64,000 bases of DNA from Candidatus Latescibacterota bacterium. GTDB taxonomy: Bacteria; Latescibacterota; UBA2968; GCA-2709665. Shown in pieces: positions 8,879 through 18,864 of the stretch. The first letter of the stretch is position 1. Each line of letters opens with the position of its first letter. The notes beneath the pieces were generated by a model. It saw nothing but the letters and a program-made list of their open reading frames with translations. It was not told the origin of the DNA and made no database searches. A program made the translations under genes and the position numbers. The stretch lies in assembly GCA_965203805.1 (NCBI GenBank), contig OZ241917.1, positions 3,200,001 to 3,264,000 of the forward strand. Reading direction: 5' to 3'.

Positions 8879-9880
8879 CTATTTCCATTTGAAAACGACG
8901 CCCAGCGCGTCTCCGGGATCGTCGGCGAGCATCGTGTAGATTTCCTGGCACTGTTCCGGATCCGCGACGTGGGTGATGAGGTCTTCGACGGGCAACTTGC
9001 CCGCTCCCATCAGGCGCATCACCAGCGCCCGGTCCCGTTCCTTCGCCCACCGGTAGTAGATGTGATCGGCCTCCGGCGTTTTGGGCTGGTGGGCGCCCAG
9101 GATGCTGACTTCCCTCAGATGCACGTCGGCCAGAAAATCCATGTCGACGGTACCGCGCGGGGAACCCAATGCGACCACACGGCCCGCCGTGCACGCGAGC
9201 CGGACGGCGGTGGGATAAACCGCGGGTTTTCCGGTCGCTTCGATCACGACGTTGGCGCCGTCTTCCACGCAGTGTCCGCCGACCGCGTCCCTGACGTCGT
9301 CCACGTCGCCGGGATTGATGCAGACACCGGCGCCGCGGCGACGCGCCGCGTCCAGGCGGAAACCGTCCAGGTCGACGGCGATCACCGGGAGGGCGCCGGA
9401 GAGGCGCGCGAGGGTCGCGGCGAGCTGACCGACGATTCCCAGGCCGATGACGACCACGACCTCGCCCAATTCGATGCGCGCCACGCGGATTCCGTGGATG
9501 GCGATTGCGCCCATGACCATAAAGGCGGCGGCCCGGGACGACACGGCGTCGGGTACCTGCCGATGGAACGACCTGGCGCCCGAGAGGACGGAATGGCTCG
9601 CGTGGTTCCCCTGTCCGGCAACGCGGTCGCCGGGGCGGATGCCCTCAACGTCTCTGCCGACTTCCAGGACCGTGCCGACGTTGCAATAGCCGGTGCCGCG
9701 GGGGAAACGGACCGGGTTACCGGGTTCGCCTCCATGCGTCCAGCCGTGGATCTCGGTTCCGACGCTGACGGCGGTGTACTCGTTTTCGATAAGCACACCG
9801 TCATCCGGTACAGGCCCGGTCTCGAAGGACGCGACTTCCATCCGGCGAATGCCGGGAATGAGGAGACGTCTGGCTTTCAT
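8879..9880 (-). CDS. Medium-chain dehydrogenase/reductase (zinc-binding ADH superfamily)
   Basis: SVGTE and GYCNVG in the GroES-like domain; GLGIVGQL NAD-binding motif; VIEATG. Confidence 0.88.
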   Translation of the reverse strand: MKARRLLIPGIRRMEVASFETGPVPDDGVLIENEYTAVSVGTEIHGWTHGGEPGNPVRFPRGTGYCNVGTVLEVGRDVEGIRPGDRVAGQGNHASHSVLSGARSFHRQVPDAVSSRAAAFMVMGAIAIHGIRVARIELGEVVVVIGLGIVGQLAATLARLSGALPVIAVDLDGFRLDAARRRGAGVCINPGDVDDVRDAVGGHCVEDGANVVIEATGKPAVYPTAVRLACTAGRVVALGSPRGTVDMDFLADVHLREVSILGAHQPKTPEADHIYYRWAKERDRALVMRLMGAGKLPVEDLITHVADPEQCQEIYTMLADDPGDALGVVFKWK

Positions 9881-9966
9881 CTGCAAGTCCTTTCAATATG
9901 GTCGATCGCGGACGCAACGGGAAATGGTGACGGGCGCGGGATCCCGCCTGCCGGCGGGCGCGGTTC

Positions 9967-11004
9967 CTACGCCTGCCCGAGGTCCAGGGTCTCGCGGAAG
10001 AGTCGAAGGAAGTTGCCGCCCCAGACCTTGCGGATTTCGTTTTCCGAGAGGCCGCGGGCGAGCATGGCGCGGGTGAGCCGCACGAGCTTTGAGACGTCTC
10101 CGAAAACCGGAGTAGCCGAACCCATGCCGTCGTAGTCGGAGCCGACGGCAACGTGGTCGATGCCCACCAGGTCCGCCACGTAACAGATATGGTCGACCAT
10201 TCGATCCACGGAAGGGTTTTCCGGATCGATAAAGCCCGGGAGAAACGCAATGCCCATCACCCCGCCGGCCCCGGCCAGCGCCCTGAGTTGATCGTCGGTC
10301 AGGCAGCGCCAGTGGTTGCAGACGGAGAAGGCCGCGGTGTGGGTCATCGTTACCGGGAGCGAAGACCGCTCCAGAACCTGGTAGAAAGCCCTGTCGTTAA
10401 TATGGGCCAGGTCCGTGATGATGCCCAGCCGGTTGCTCTCCTCAAGTACGGCTCTGCCAAAGTCCGTCAACCCGCCGGCGCTTCCGCGTTCCCGTTCGCG
10501 GTCTTCAGGCGTGCACGGCCCGAACGGACTCCTGCTGCCCTGCAGCAAGGAGGGGTCGTCGCCGCCTTCGCCGTGGGTGATTCCGATGCAGCGAATTCCC
10601 AGGCGGTGGTAAAGACGCAATGTGTCCATTTCTCCTTCCAGCCAGCGCCCGGCGCCTTCGATCGTAAGCAGGATGCCGATCTTGCCGGTTTTTCTCGCCC
10701 GTTCAACATCCCGTGACGAGAACACCAGCATCAGGTCATCGGGATATCGCTCCACCGACGCCAGGGTCTGTTCCAGGGTAACCCGGACGTTTGCCGTGGG
10801 GCCGTTGCCGATCACGAAAAAGCCGGCGTCGAACCCGCCTTCTTTCATCCGGGGAATGTCCATATGGTAGGCATCGTCCCGTTTTTTCAGGTCCATCGGA
10901 CGTTCGCCCCGGTGCACGCGCTCCACGGGCGTGTCGTTGTGGCCGTCGACGATCAGGCACCTGTCGTGGACCGCCTGCGCTTCTTCAAGGGTGATTTCCG
11001 GCAT
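9967..11004 (-). CDS. Membrane dipeptidase (M19, renal dipeptidase family)
   Basis: VDGHND, TIEG, GLTDFG, DLAH, DHVAVGSDYDG, GGNFLR. Confidence 0.92.
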   Translation of the reverse strand: MPEITLEEAQAVHDRCLIVDGHNDTPVERVHRGERPMDLKKRDDAYHMDIPRMKEGGFDAGFFVIGNGPTANVRVTLEQTLASVERYPDDLMLVFSSRDVERARKTGKIGILLTIEGAGRWLEGEMDTLRLYHRLGIRCIGITHGEGGDDPSLLQGSRSPFGPCTPEDRERERGSAGGLTDFGRAVLEESNRLGIITDLAHINDRAFYQVLERSSLPVTMTHTAAFSVCNHWRCLTDDQLRALAGAGGVMGIAFLPGFIDPENPSVDRMVDHICYVADLVGIDHVAVGSDYDGMGSATPVFGDVSKLVRLTRAMLARGLSENEIRKVWGGNFLRLFRETLDLGQA

Positions 11005-11074
11005 GACGATTTTCCTCTGCTGAACGTGGACGTTGAGGTTCCGGCGGGCTGGACATGCGCCGCTGCAGGACGGA

Positions 11075-12397
11075 CTACGGCGGATCGACGGGTACTTTCC
11101 GGTTCTTGGGGACCAGCGGATCGTACGTGAAACCGTCGGAGCGTTTTTCGAACTCCGCGCGCGCCTTCTTCAGGAGATCCGGATCCCTGCAGAGATCGAC
11201 CGCACTTCCGGCGAATACCTTCGCTGTCTGCCGGATCGCGCGCTCGGCGAAAGGCAGGGCGGCCTGCGCGGCCATGTCCCGGTGGTGGCCGGGCGTACCC
11301 TTCGCGTAACAGACCATCTCGAAGCGACCCAGGGGCGCCAGCCATGAAACATTGTCCTCGTCGGTAGACCCCCTGCCCTGCGAGCCGCTGCCCTTGCCGA
11401 TCTTCGTATTGAATCCCTTCTTGTATCCCAGGGCCTCGGCGCGCTCCCGGTCGGCTTCCGTGGGTTTGGGCGGCCCGAACAGTTTCAGATTCTCTCGAAC
11501 GATTTCACACATCGCCTTGTTGGGCAGACGGGGGTACACCGCGGTGATGCGCGACCACTTCATCTTCGTGTCCGTGGCTCTGGCCGCGCCCCGTGCGCAT
11601 CCGGTGAGACGCTCGCGCACGCCGTCGACCTGCTTGCGGTCTTTCCCCCGCACGAAGTACCAGATTTTCGCATAGGCCGGAACCACGTTGGGCGCGTCGC
11701 CTCCATCGCGGATCACGGAATGGATCCTGACGTTCTCGGGGACATGCTCCCGGAGATAGTTGGCGGCAATATCCGTGAGCATCACCCCGTCCAGCGCGCT
11801 GCGGCCCCGGTGGGCCGACGCCCCGTGGGCGGTACGGCCGAAGAATTCGTAGACGACGGAGTCCAGCGACGATCCGCCGAAATTATTGACGCCGGAAGTG
11901 TCTCCCGGATGCCAGGCGAGGCAGGCGTCCAGGTCCCGGAACGCGCCGTCGCGGGCCATATAGACTTTGCCGGCCAGCGTCTCTTCCGCCGGGCAGCCGT
12001 AGTAGACGATTTTTCCGGATGTACCGGTCGATTCGAGAGTCTTCGCAGCGGCGACCGCACCCACGGCCGGGGCAACGCCCAGGAGATTGTGGCCTCAGCC
12101 GTGACCCCATTGCCCCTCCTCGGGGCCGCAGTTGGGCAACGCGTCGTATTCGCCGAGCATCCCGACCGCCGGTTTACCGGCGCCGCTGGCCGCGCGAAAT
12201 GCCGTGGGGATATTCTTGAACGGGAACTCGACGTCGAAGCCGCGCGAGGCCAGGTAGTCCGCGATGGCCCGGGAGGATTTGACCTCCCGGAAGGGCCGCT
12301 CCGCCCACGCGTGCACCCGGCGGGAGAGGACCCTGGCGCGTTTTGACTCTGCGGCGACGGCGCGATTGACGAGACTCTTTTTTTCTTTTGGCTTCAT
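11075..12397 (-). CDS. M20 amidohydrolase (AbgB/Acy1L2-like), 440 aa, with in-frame TGA at codon 101; candidate selenoprotein (alternative: nonsense pseudogene)
   Basis: ORFs 12095..12484 and 11075..12064 are in the same frame and read GEYDALP...GHG-TGA-GHNLLG...GCPAEE...WHP...GSTD. The TGA (12095-12097) replaces the Cys of the family motif GHGCGHNLLG. ATG at 12397 follows AAGGGG. Confidence 0.85.
12061..12094 (-). promoter_or_regulatory. Candidate bacterial SECIS hairpin
   Basis: After UGA: GG CCAC AAUCU CC U GGGC GUU GCCC C GG CC GUGG. Apical loop starts with GU, 18 nt past the UGA; unpaired U at position 17 counting from the U of UGA. Confidence 0.6.
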
Positions 12398-12452
12398 GAG
12401 GTTCCCCTTTCCATCCTGTCCATGTTTATTCCGAATTCTTGTACCGAATGCA

Positions 12453-13541
12453 TTAAGGGTTTGCGACGGCATCGGCCACCGCATCGCCCGCCTCGCGCGT
12501 CCCGGCGGCGCCGCCCAGGTCTGCAGGGTGGTTCTTAGGACTCTCCAGCGTTCGATCCACGGCGCGGTCGATCGTCTCCGAGGCGGCGGTGGCTTCGGGA
12601 TCGTTGCGGCGCGCGCCCAGCCAGGACAGCATCATCCCCGCGGACAGGATCTGAGCCATGGGGTTGGCAATACCCTCCCCCGCGATATCGGGTGCGGTGC
12701 CGTGGGACGGCTGAAAGACGCCGTAGCGGTCCCCCACGTCCGCGGACGGCGCCATCCCCATTCCGCCGATGGTGGCGGCGGCCAGATCGGAGATGATATC
12801 CCCGAACATATTTTCCGCGACGACGACGTCGTACCAGCCTGGGTTGCGCAGTTGGTACACGGTGAATGCGTCCACGTAGGCGTAGTCCCGTTCGACGTCG
12901 GGATAGGTCTCCGCGACCTCGTCGTAGATCTGCCGGAAGAACGCCATGCTCTTCAGAATGTTGGCCTTGTCGACCGAGGTGACGCGGCTGGCGCCGTCCG
13001 CGGGCGCCCCCTTCCGCTGCCTCGCGATTTCAAAGGCGTACCGGACGATCCGCTCGGTCCCGGCGCGGGTGATCACCATGTTGTCCACGGCGAGGCTGTC
13101 GCCGACGCGAACCCCGGCGCCGCGGGAGGCATAGAGGCCCTCTGTATTCTCACGCAGGATGACGTAATCGAGCGGCGGATCTCCATCGAGAAGCGGAGGC
13201 ACGCCGCGGTATTTCTTGATGGGCCGGATCCCGGCGTAAAGGTCCAGTTCGAAGCGGAGTGTCAGTTGGGGTGCGATTTCCGTGCCGTCGGGAAAGCGGA
13301 CGTCCGGATCGCCGGCCGAGCCGAAGAGCACGGCATCGGCCTGTTTGCAGGCTTCGAGCGTGGATTCCGGGAGGTCTTCGCCGGTCTCGGCGTAACACCC
13401 CGCGCCCACCGGATGTTCGGAAAACGTGAATCGAAGATCGGGATGCGGCTCCTCCAGGGCGAGGAGCACTTTGAGCGATTCCGCGACCACTTCCGGGCCG
13501 ACGCCGTCTCCGGGGAGCACCGCGATGTTGTACGTTGGCAT
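12453..13541 (-). CDS. Isocitrate/isopropylmalate/tartrate dehydrogenase family protein
   Basis: LPGDGVGPEV, RENTEGLY, VDKANIL, NMFGDIISD, PSHGTAPDIAG, ANPMAQILS. Confidence 0.92.
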   Translation of the reverse strand: MPTYNIAVLPGDGVGPEVVAESLKVLLALEEPHPDLRFTFSEHPVGAGCYAETGEDLPESTLEACKQADAVLFGSAGDPDVRFPDGTEIAPQLTLRFELDLYAGIRPIKKYRGVPPLLDGDPPLDYVILRENTEGLYASRGAGVRVGDSLAVDNMVITRAGTERIVRYAFEIARQRKGAPADGASRVTSVDKANILKSMAFFRQIYDEVAETYPDVERDYAYVDAFTVYQLRNPGWYDVVVAENMFGDIISDLAAATIGGMGMAPSADVGDRYGVFQPSHGTAPDIAGEGIANPMAQILSAGMMLSWLGARRNDPEATAASETIDRAVDRTLESPKNHPADLGGAAGTREAGDAVADAVANP

Positions 13542-13551
13542 TCCCGTCCTT

Positions 13552-14730
13552 TCAGATTATGGCGTTCCGTGAAGGGCGGCGTGGGCGCTGGCGATCGTGG
13601 ATGCCGATGCGGAATCCGCCCGCTGACTTCACGCCCCGTTCCAGGACGTCCGGTTCGACGTCGAATCCCGCGCCGGGCGTTTCAGGGACGACCAGCCTGC
13701 CGTTTCGCATCCGCCATCCGTCCAGGACGATGCCCGGCATGTCCGCGGGGGCCGCTTCCAGGAGGCTGAAGTTGGGAATGGACGCGGCGAAATGGGCATG
13801 GGCGTACCGTTCGATGACGCTGCCCCAGCAATGGGGGGCGCACCTCGCGCCCCAGGGTTGGATACGGTCGGCGATGGCTTTCCACCGCGTCAGCCCCTTG
13901 TTTCGGAAGTCGTGCTGCACGATATCGATCCATCCTCTTTCGACCATATCGAAGAAGTCGGGCGGAGGCGGCCCGGATTCGCCGTCGGCCACGAGCGTGT
14001 GGTAGCCTCTCCGGTCAATGGCTTCCTTAAAGGCCTCGTTGAACGCCCGGTCTTCGGGAAAGGGTTCTTCGAACCAGTAGATCCCCGCGTCCCGGCAGCG
14101 TTCGAGAATGTCCAGCGCGATATTGAGCGTGGCGCCGTTGTTGGCGTCAACGAGAATTTTCGCGTCCGGTCCCGCGGCTTCCCGGACCGCGTGGATCACC
14201 AGTACGTCCCTGTCCGTGCCTTCGCGAACCGGCATCCAGCGCGCGCCGCGCCCGATCTTGATTTTGAAATTGCAGTAGCCGGAATCGCGGCCGACCTTGA
14301 CTTCCTCGTGGAAGATTCGCCGCGCCCCGTCGTCTGCGGTTCCCAGGTCGTCAATGTAGATGGAACCGTCGTAGAGTTCCACCTCTCGGGCGCCGCGCGC
14401 GCCCAGGAGCTTGAAAAGGGGCGCCCCTTCACATCTGGCGGCCAGGTCCCACAGAGGCAGATCGATCGGCGCGCCATCGGCGGTCGACCCGCCCGGTAGT
14501 TCAAAGAGCGCCGAGGGGCGCATTCCGAGCAGTGCTTCGGCGCGCTCCCTGCCAATGGCGGACCAGCCGATACCCACGGCGCCGCCCGTGGTGCAGATGC
14601 GCACGACCGGATCGGTGACGGCGGGACCATGGACGCCGATCCGGGCATTGGATCCCACGACGCGCGGGCGCTTTCCGTGCAGTACGACCTTTTCGATCCT
14701 GGCGATCGGGTCGGAAAAAGCAATTGACAT
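13552..14730 (-). CDS. Mandelate racemase/muconate lactonizing enzyme (enolase superfamily) protein
   Basis: DLPLWDL, KIKIG (KxK), VDAN, WFEEPF, ADGE, PH, PGAG. Confidence 0.85.
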   Translation of the reverse strand: MSIAFSDPIARIEKVVLHGKRPRVVGSNARIGVHGPAVTDPVVRICTTGGAVGIGWSAIGRERAEALLGMRPSALFELPGGSTADGAPIDLPLWDLAARCEGAPLFKLLGARGAREVELYDGSIYIDDLGTADDGARRIFHEEVKVGRDSGYCNFKIKIGRGARWMPVREGTDRDVLVIHAVREAAGPDAKILVDANNGATLNIALDILERCRDAGIYWFEEPFPEDRAFNEAFKEAIDRRGYHTLVADGESGPPPPDFFDMVERGWIDIVQHDFRNKGLTRWKAIADRIQPWGARCAPHCWGSVIERYAHAHFAASIPNFSLLEAAPADMPGIVLDGWRMRNGRLVVPETPGAGFDVEPDVLERGVKSAGGFRIGIHDRQRPRRPSRNAII

Positions 14731-14849
14731 GAAGGGTTTCCGGGATCCGGGTTGGGTGTACGATCCGGTAAAGTAAGCCAAAAACCAGGGGTTGGAAATC
14801 AAAAAAGCCGGCGTCACAGGGCGCCTCTATCGCACACGGCATTTAGGTC

Positions 14850-14878
14850 TTGACGGACGCTACAAGATGTAGTACTTT
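14850..14878 (+). promoter_or_regulatory. Candidate sigma70 promoter for smc
   Basis: TTGACG-N17-TACTTT. Confidence 0.45.
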
Positions 14879-15110
14879 TCAGACACCGCAACGGATTATT
14901 CCCCAATCTGTTGCGTATTCCTCACCTCCCCATCTCTCCCCGTCTCGTTCTTATATTCGCGATACCGTATTCATAGCGAACGTCCCCGCGGTCCGGGCGG
15001 CGGCACGTGGGACAGGAATGGTTGTCGTTCCTGCCCTGCGGCCGCGCCTCCTGGTTTCCTTGCGTGCGCCCGTACCGGCCGGATGTTTGTGTCTTTCAGG
15101 AGGCTGCGCC

Positions 15111-18100
15111 TTGCATCTTTCGCGACTGACGGCATTGGGCTTCAAGTCTTTCGTACAACAGCTGGACCTTTCGCTTCAGAAAGGCATCACCTGCGTTGTC
15201 GGCCCGAACGGCTGCGGTAAATCCAACGTGGTGGATGCGCTGCGCTGGGCGCTGGGCGAACAACGGGTCCGGTCGCTGCGCAGCAACAATATGGAAGACG
15301 TGATTTTTTCGGGTACGCGAAACCGGAAACCGCTCGGCATGGCGGAGGTATCGATCACCATTGACAATGCGGAGCGGTTTCTCTCGACCGATTATTCCGA
15401 AGTGACCGTGACCCGCCGGCTGTTCCGGTCCGGAGACAGCGATTACCTTTTGAACAAGGTTCCCTGCCGGTTGAAGGATATTCAGAATCTGCTGATGGAT
15501 ACGGGGCTGGGCGCACACGCCTATTCCGTGATCGAGCAGGGAATGATGGACGAGATCATCAGCGACAAGCCCGAGGAACGGCGGCGGCTGTTCGAAGAGG
15601 CGGCGGGTGTGACCCGGTACAAGGTACAGCGCCGGGCTGCGTGGAACCGTCTGGAGTCCGTCCGGCGGGACCTGGAGACGGTGGATGCCGTCATGGGGGA
15701 AATCGAGCGGCAGGTGAAGTCACTCGCCCGTCAGGAGCGGAAGGCCCGCCTTTACAGACAGTTTGCAGACCAGATGAAGGACCTCGACGTCCGGCTGGGA
15801 CGCCACCGGTTCTTTCGGATGTCCGAAAGGTCCCGTCCCATCGCGGACGAGATGGCTCTTCTGAATGAGGACGTCGGAGTTGCCGCCGGAGAAATCGCCC
15901 GCCTGGAGGCGCGGCTGGAAGCCGTCCGGACGGAACTGGCGGAGCGCGATCAGGCGCTTGCGGAAGCGAACGCGGAAGTGAGCAGACAGAGTCAGCTCGT
16001 GCATCGGAAAGAAACGCATATCGCGGTCGCTCAGGAGAGAATCCGATCTATCGACACCTTCCTGGAGCAGGCCGACCGGCGGAAGGGGGTCATGGCGGCG
16101 CGGCTGGATACGGCCGAAAGGGAAGCGGCGGCGTCGGCGCGGATGGGAGCGGAGGCGCGGGAAGCATTGCAGCGGGCGGAAGGGGAACTGGAGACCGAGC
16201 GAGGCGAGCTGGAAGCGACCAACCAGGCGCTGGACGCACGGCGAACCCGCGCCGACGAAGAGAGAACCCAACTGATAGCCGCCCTGGGCGAAATCAACAA
16301 GGGAAGCGGCCGGTTGGAGCGCGAACGTGCGCGGCTGGAGGGAATTGCGAAACACCAGGCCCGCCTCGAAGCCGACGCAAAGCAGTCGGCGCTCCGGAAA
16401 GCGGAGGCGGACGACTCCGGACGGGAGGCGGAACGGCAGATCGACCTCCTGGAACGCGAGATTGAAGGAAAGAGCCGGCTGAGAGAGACACACGCCGCGG
16501 AATACGGTCAGCTGCTCGAACAACAGGAAGACCTGACCGGGGCGCGCAGCCGCCTGCTGGCCAGAAAAGAGGCCGACGACGCGCGGGTTGGACTTCTGAA
16601 AAGGCTTCGGGAAGGATTCGAGGGGTATTCGAGCGGCGTCCGCGCGCTGGCGGTGGACTCTCCGTTTGCGGACCGCGTGCGCGGGGTGGTTGCGGACCGG
16701 ATCGACGTGGACGGGCGGTACGCGATCGCCATCGAAGCCGCCCTCGGACGCGCGCTGGAATGTCTGCTGGTGGATGCGTCCGCCGACGCGATAAAGGCCA
16801 TAGACTACCTGAAATCGGGGGACCTCGGATCGGCGGCGTTTCTGCCGCTGGATTCGGTTTCGAACGGTAACGACGCCTCCTGGACGCCGCCGGATGCGGA
16901 CGGCGTGGCGGGCAGGGCTTCGGACCTGCTGCACGGCGAGGATTCTCCGGTGCACGCGCTGCTTCGCCGGACGCTCGTGGTGAACAACGCCGAAACCGCA
17001 GTTGGGCTGTTGGGAGAAACGCGTACTCGCGGTGTGGACGTGGTTACCGAGAACGGCGAGTTGTTCTCGGCCGACGGCACGATATACGGCGGGAAGGCGG
17101 CCGACGGCGGCACGGGCCTGATCGGGCGCAGGCAGGAGATCGAAACGCTGGAAGCCAACCTGTGCGCTACCGCCGCCGACCTGCGGGCGCTGGATGCGGG
17201 ACTCGAGGAAACCGCTGCATCCCTGGTCGAGACTCAGGCGCTTATCGACCGGACCGACGGGATTCTGGCCGACCTGAACAATCGCCTGGCGACGCATCGC
17301 CGGGACTTTCAGATCGCGCAGACCGAAGAGCAGCGACAGTTGCGGATGGGGGTGGACCTGCAGGAGGAAATCGCGGCTGCGATGAACGACGAAACCGGGC
17401 TTCGAGAAACGATCGCTTCCGAGGAGGCGGAACTCGGCGTGCTTCAGAAACGCCGGGAGCAACTGGAAGCGGCGGCGCGCAAGGCCGACGTGGCGCTTCG
17501 GGAGCGCGAACATCAGCAGCGGGCCGAACAGGACGCGGTTTCCAGGAGGCTGGTGGAGATCACTTCACTGAAGGGCAGCGTGGACCGGCACGAACGCGAA
17601 GAGCAGACGCGGACCCGGGACGCGGTCGAAACCAACCGGGAAATGAAACGACTGGCCACGGACTGCGATGAACGGCGGACGGAAAGGCTCGACCTGGAAA
17701 AGGCCGCCCGGGAATCCGAAGAGGAGCTGGAGCGCCTGCATCGCACGCAGGACGAACTGGAAGCGAAGCGGGACCGTCAGGCGGAGCGGCAGCAGGCGTT
17801 GTTGACGGATACCCGGAAGCTGGAAGAGGAAGCGCGGGACAAGAACCGCCAGGCGAATCAGAACCGGGACCGTCTGGTTGAACTACAGGGCGAACTGGCG
17901 GAATTGAAGACGGGATCCGAAGCGTTGCACGCTCGAATTCTGGACGAATACGAGGTGGACGTCGGGGAGGCGGGCGCATTGGACGATCCGGAATTCGATG
18001 AAGACGCGACCGAAAAACGGGCAGGCGAGCTACGCGAAAGGCTCCGCCGGATGGGTCCGGTCAATCTCGCCGCCGTGGAAGAATACGAGGACCAGAAGAG

Positions 18101-18707
18101 CCATCACGAGTTTATGGCCAAACACAGGAGCGATCTGCTCGAAGCGGCGGAAACCCTTCAGCGGACCATTTCCCGGATCGACCGCACCGCCCGCGGCCGG
18201 TTCATGGCGACCTTCGATCAGATTAAAGAGAATTTCCGGAACACGTTCACGGCATTCTTCGAAGGCGGCCAGGCGGATCTCCTGATGCCCCCGGACGAAG
18301 ACCCGCTGGAGGCGCCGCTGGAAATCATCGCCCGGCCCAGAGGCAAGCGGCTCCAGCACATCAATCTGCTTTCCGGGGGAGAGCGGGCGCTGACCGCGAT
18401 CGCGCTGTTATTCGCGATCTACCTGGTCAAGCCCAGCCCGTTCTGCATTCTCGACGAGGTAGACGCCCCCCTGGACGACGCCAACGTCACCCGCTTCGTA
18501 CGGGTGCTCAAACGGTTCGCGGCCGACACGCAGTTCATCGTGGTGACCCACAACAAGGTCACGATGGATGCGGCCGACTGCCTGCATGGCATTACAATGG
18601 AAGAGCCGGGGGTCTCCAGGCTGGTATCGGTCAGGCTGGACCACGAGACCCCGGGCGGCAACGGGCAGGCGAACGCGGTGGCGGAAACCACGGCCGCGGA
18701 CGATTGA
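15111..18707 (+). CDS. smc: Chromosome segregation protein SMC
   Basis: TTG start after AGGAGG. GFKSF, Walker A GPNGCGKSN, coiled coils with hinge, LSGGE signature, LDEVDAPLD. Confidence 0.97.
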   Translation: MHLSRLTALGFKSFVQQLDLSLQKGITCVVGPNGCGKSNVVDALRWALGEQRVRSLRSNNMEDVIFSGTRNRKPLGMAEVSITIDNAERFLSTDYSEVTVTRRLFRSGDSDYLLNKVPCRLKDIQNLLMDTGLGAHAYSVIEQGMMDEIISDKPEERRRLFEEAAGVTRYKVQRRAAWNRLESVRRDLETVDAVMGEIERQVKSLARQERKARLYRQFADQMKDLDVRLGRHRFFRMSERSRPIADEMALLNEDVGVAAGEIARLEARLEAVRTELAERDQALAEANAEVSRQSQLVHRKETHIAVAQERIRSIDTFLEQADRRKGVMAARLDTAEREAAASARMGAEAREALQRAEGELETERGELEATNQALDARRTRADEERTQLIAALGEINKGSGRLERERARLEGIAKHQARLEADAKQSALRKAEADDSGREAERQIDLLEREIEGKSRLRETHAAEYGQLLEQQEDLTGARSRLLARKEADDARVGLLKRLREGFEGYSSGVRALAVDSPFADRVRGVVADRIDVDGRYAIAIEAALGRALECLLVDASADAIKAIDYLKSGDLGSAAFLPLDSVSNGNDASWTPPDADGVAGRASDLLHGEDSPVHALLRRTLVVNNAETAVGLLGETRTRGVDVVTENGELFSADGTIYGGKAADGGTGLIGRRQEIETLEANLCATAADLRALDAGLEETAASLVETQALIDRTDGILADLNNRLATHRRDFQIAQTEEQRQLRMGVDLQEEIAAAMNDETGLRETIASEEAELGVLQKRREQLEAAARKADVALREREHQQRAEQDAVSRRLVEITSLKGSVDRHEREEQTRTRDAVETNREMKRLATDCDERRTERLDLEKAARESEEELERLHRTQDELEAKRDRQAERQQALLTDTRKLEEEARDKNRQANQNRDRLVELQGELAELKTGSEALHARILDEYEVDVGEAGALDDPEFDEDATEKRAGELRERLRRMGPVNLAAVEEYEDQKSHHEFMAKHRSDLLEAAETLQRTISRIDRTARGRFMATFDQIKENFRNTFTAFFEGGQADLLMPPDEDPLEAPLEIIARPRGKRLQHINLLSGGERALTAIALLFAIYLVKPSPFCILDEVDAPLDDANVTRFVRVLKRFAADTQFIVVTHNKVTMDAADCLHGITMEEPGVSRLVSVRLDHETPGGNGQANAVAETTAADD

Positions 18708-18774
18708 CCGCACAGGCCGGTAACCGATCGAGGGGGATCGAAGACACGCCAACAGCATCACGTCGGAAAATGCC

Positions 18775-18812
18775 AGAGGACCGGCCGCACTTGCGCTGCC
18801 GGTCCTCTTTTT
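18775..18812 (+). terminator. Intrinsic terminator after smc
   Basis: AGAGGACCGGC...GCCGGTCCTCT stem running into a T tract. Confidence 0.75.
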
Positions 18813-18864
18813 GCGTACGACGCCCTTCAGACGACGTTCGCCCGGGTGAGCCCGACGTCGCGGT

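Noticed and set aside
11075-12484. Treating the two M20 ORFs as separate genes or as a frameshift
   Set aside because: They are in the same frame, separated only by one TGA inside a conserved motif.
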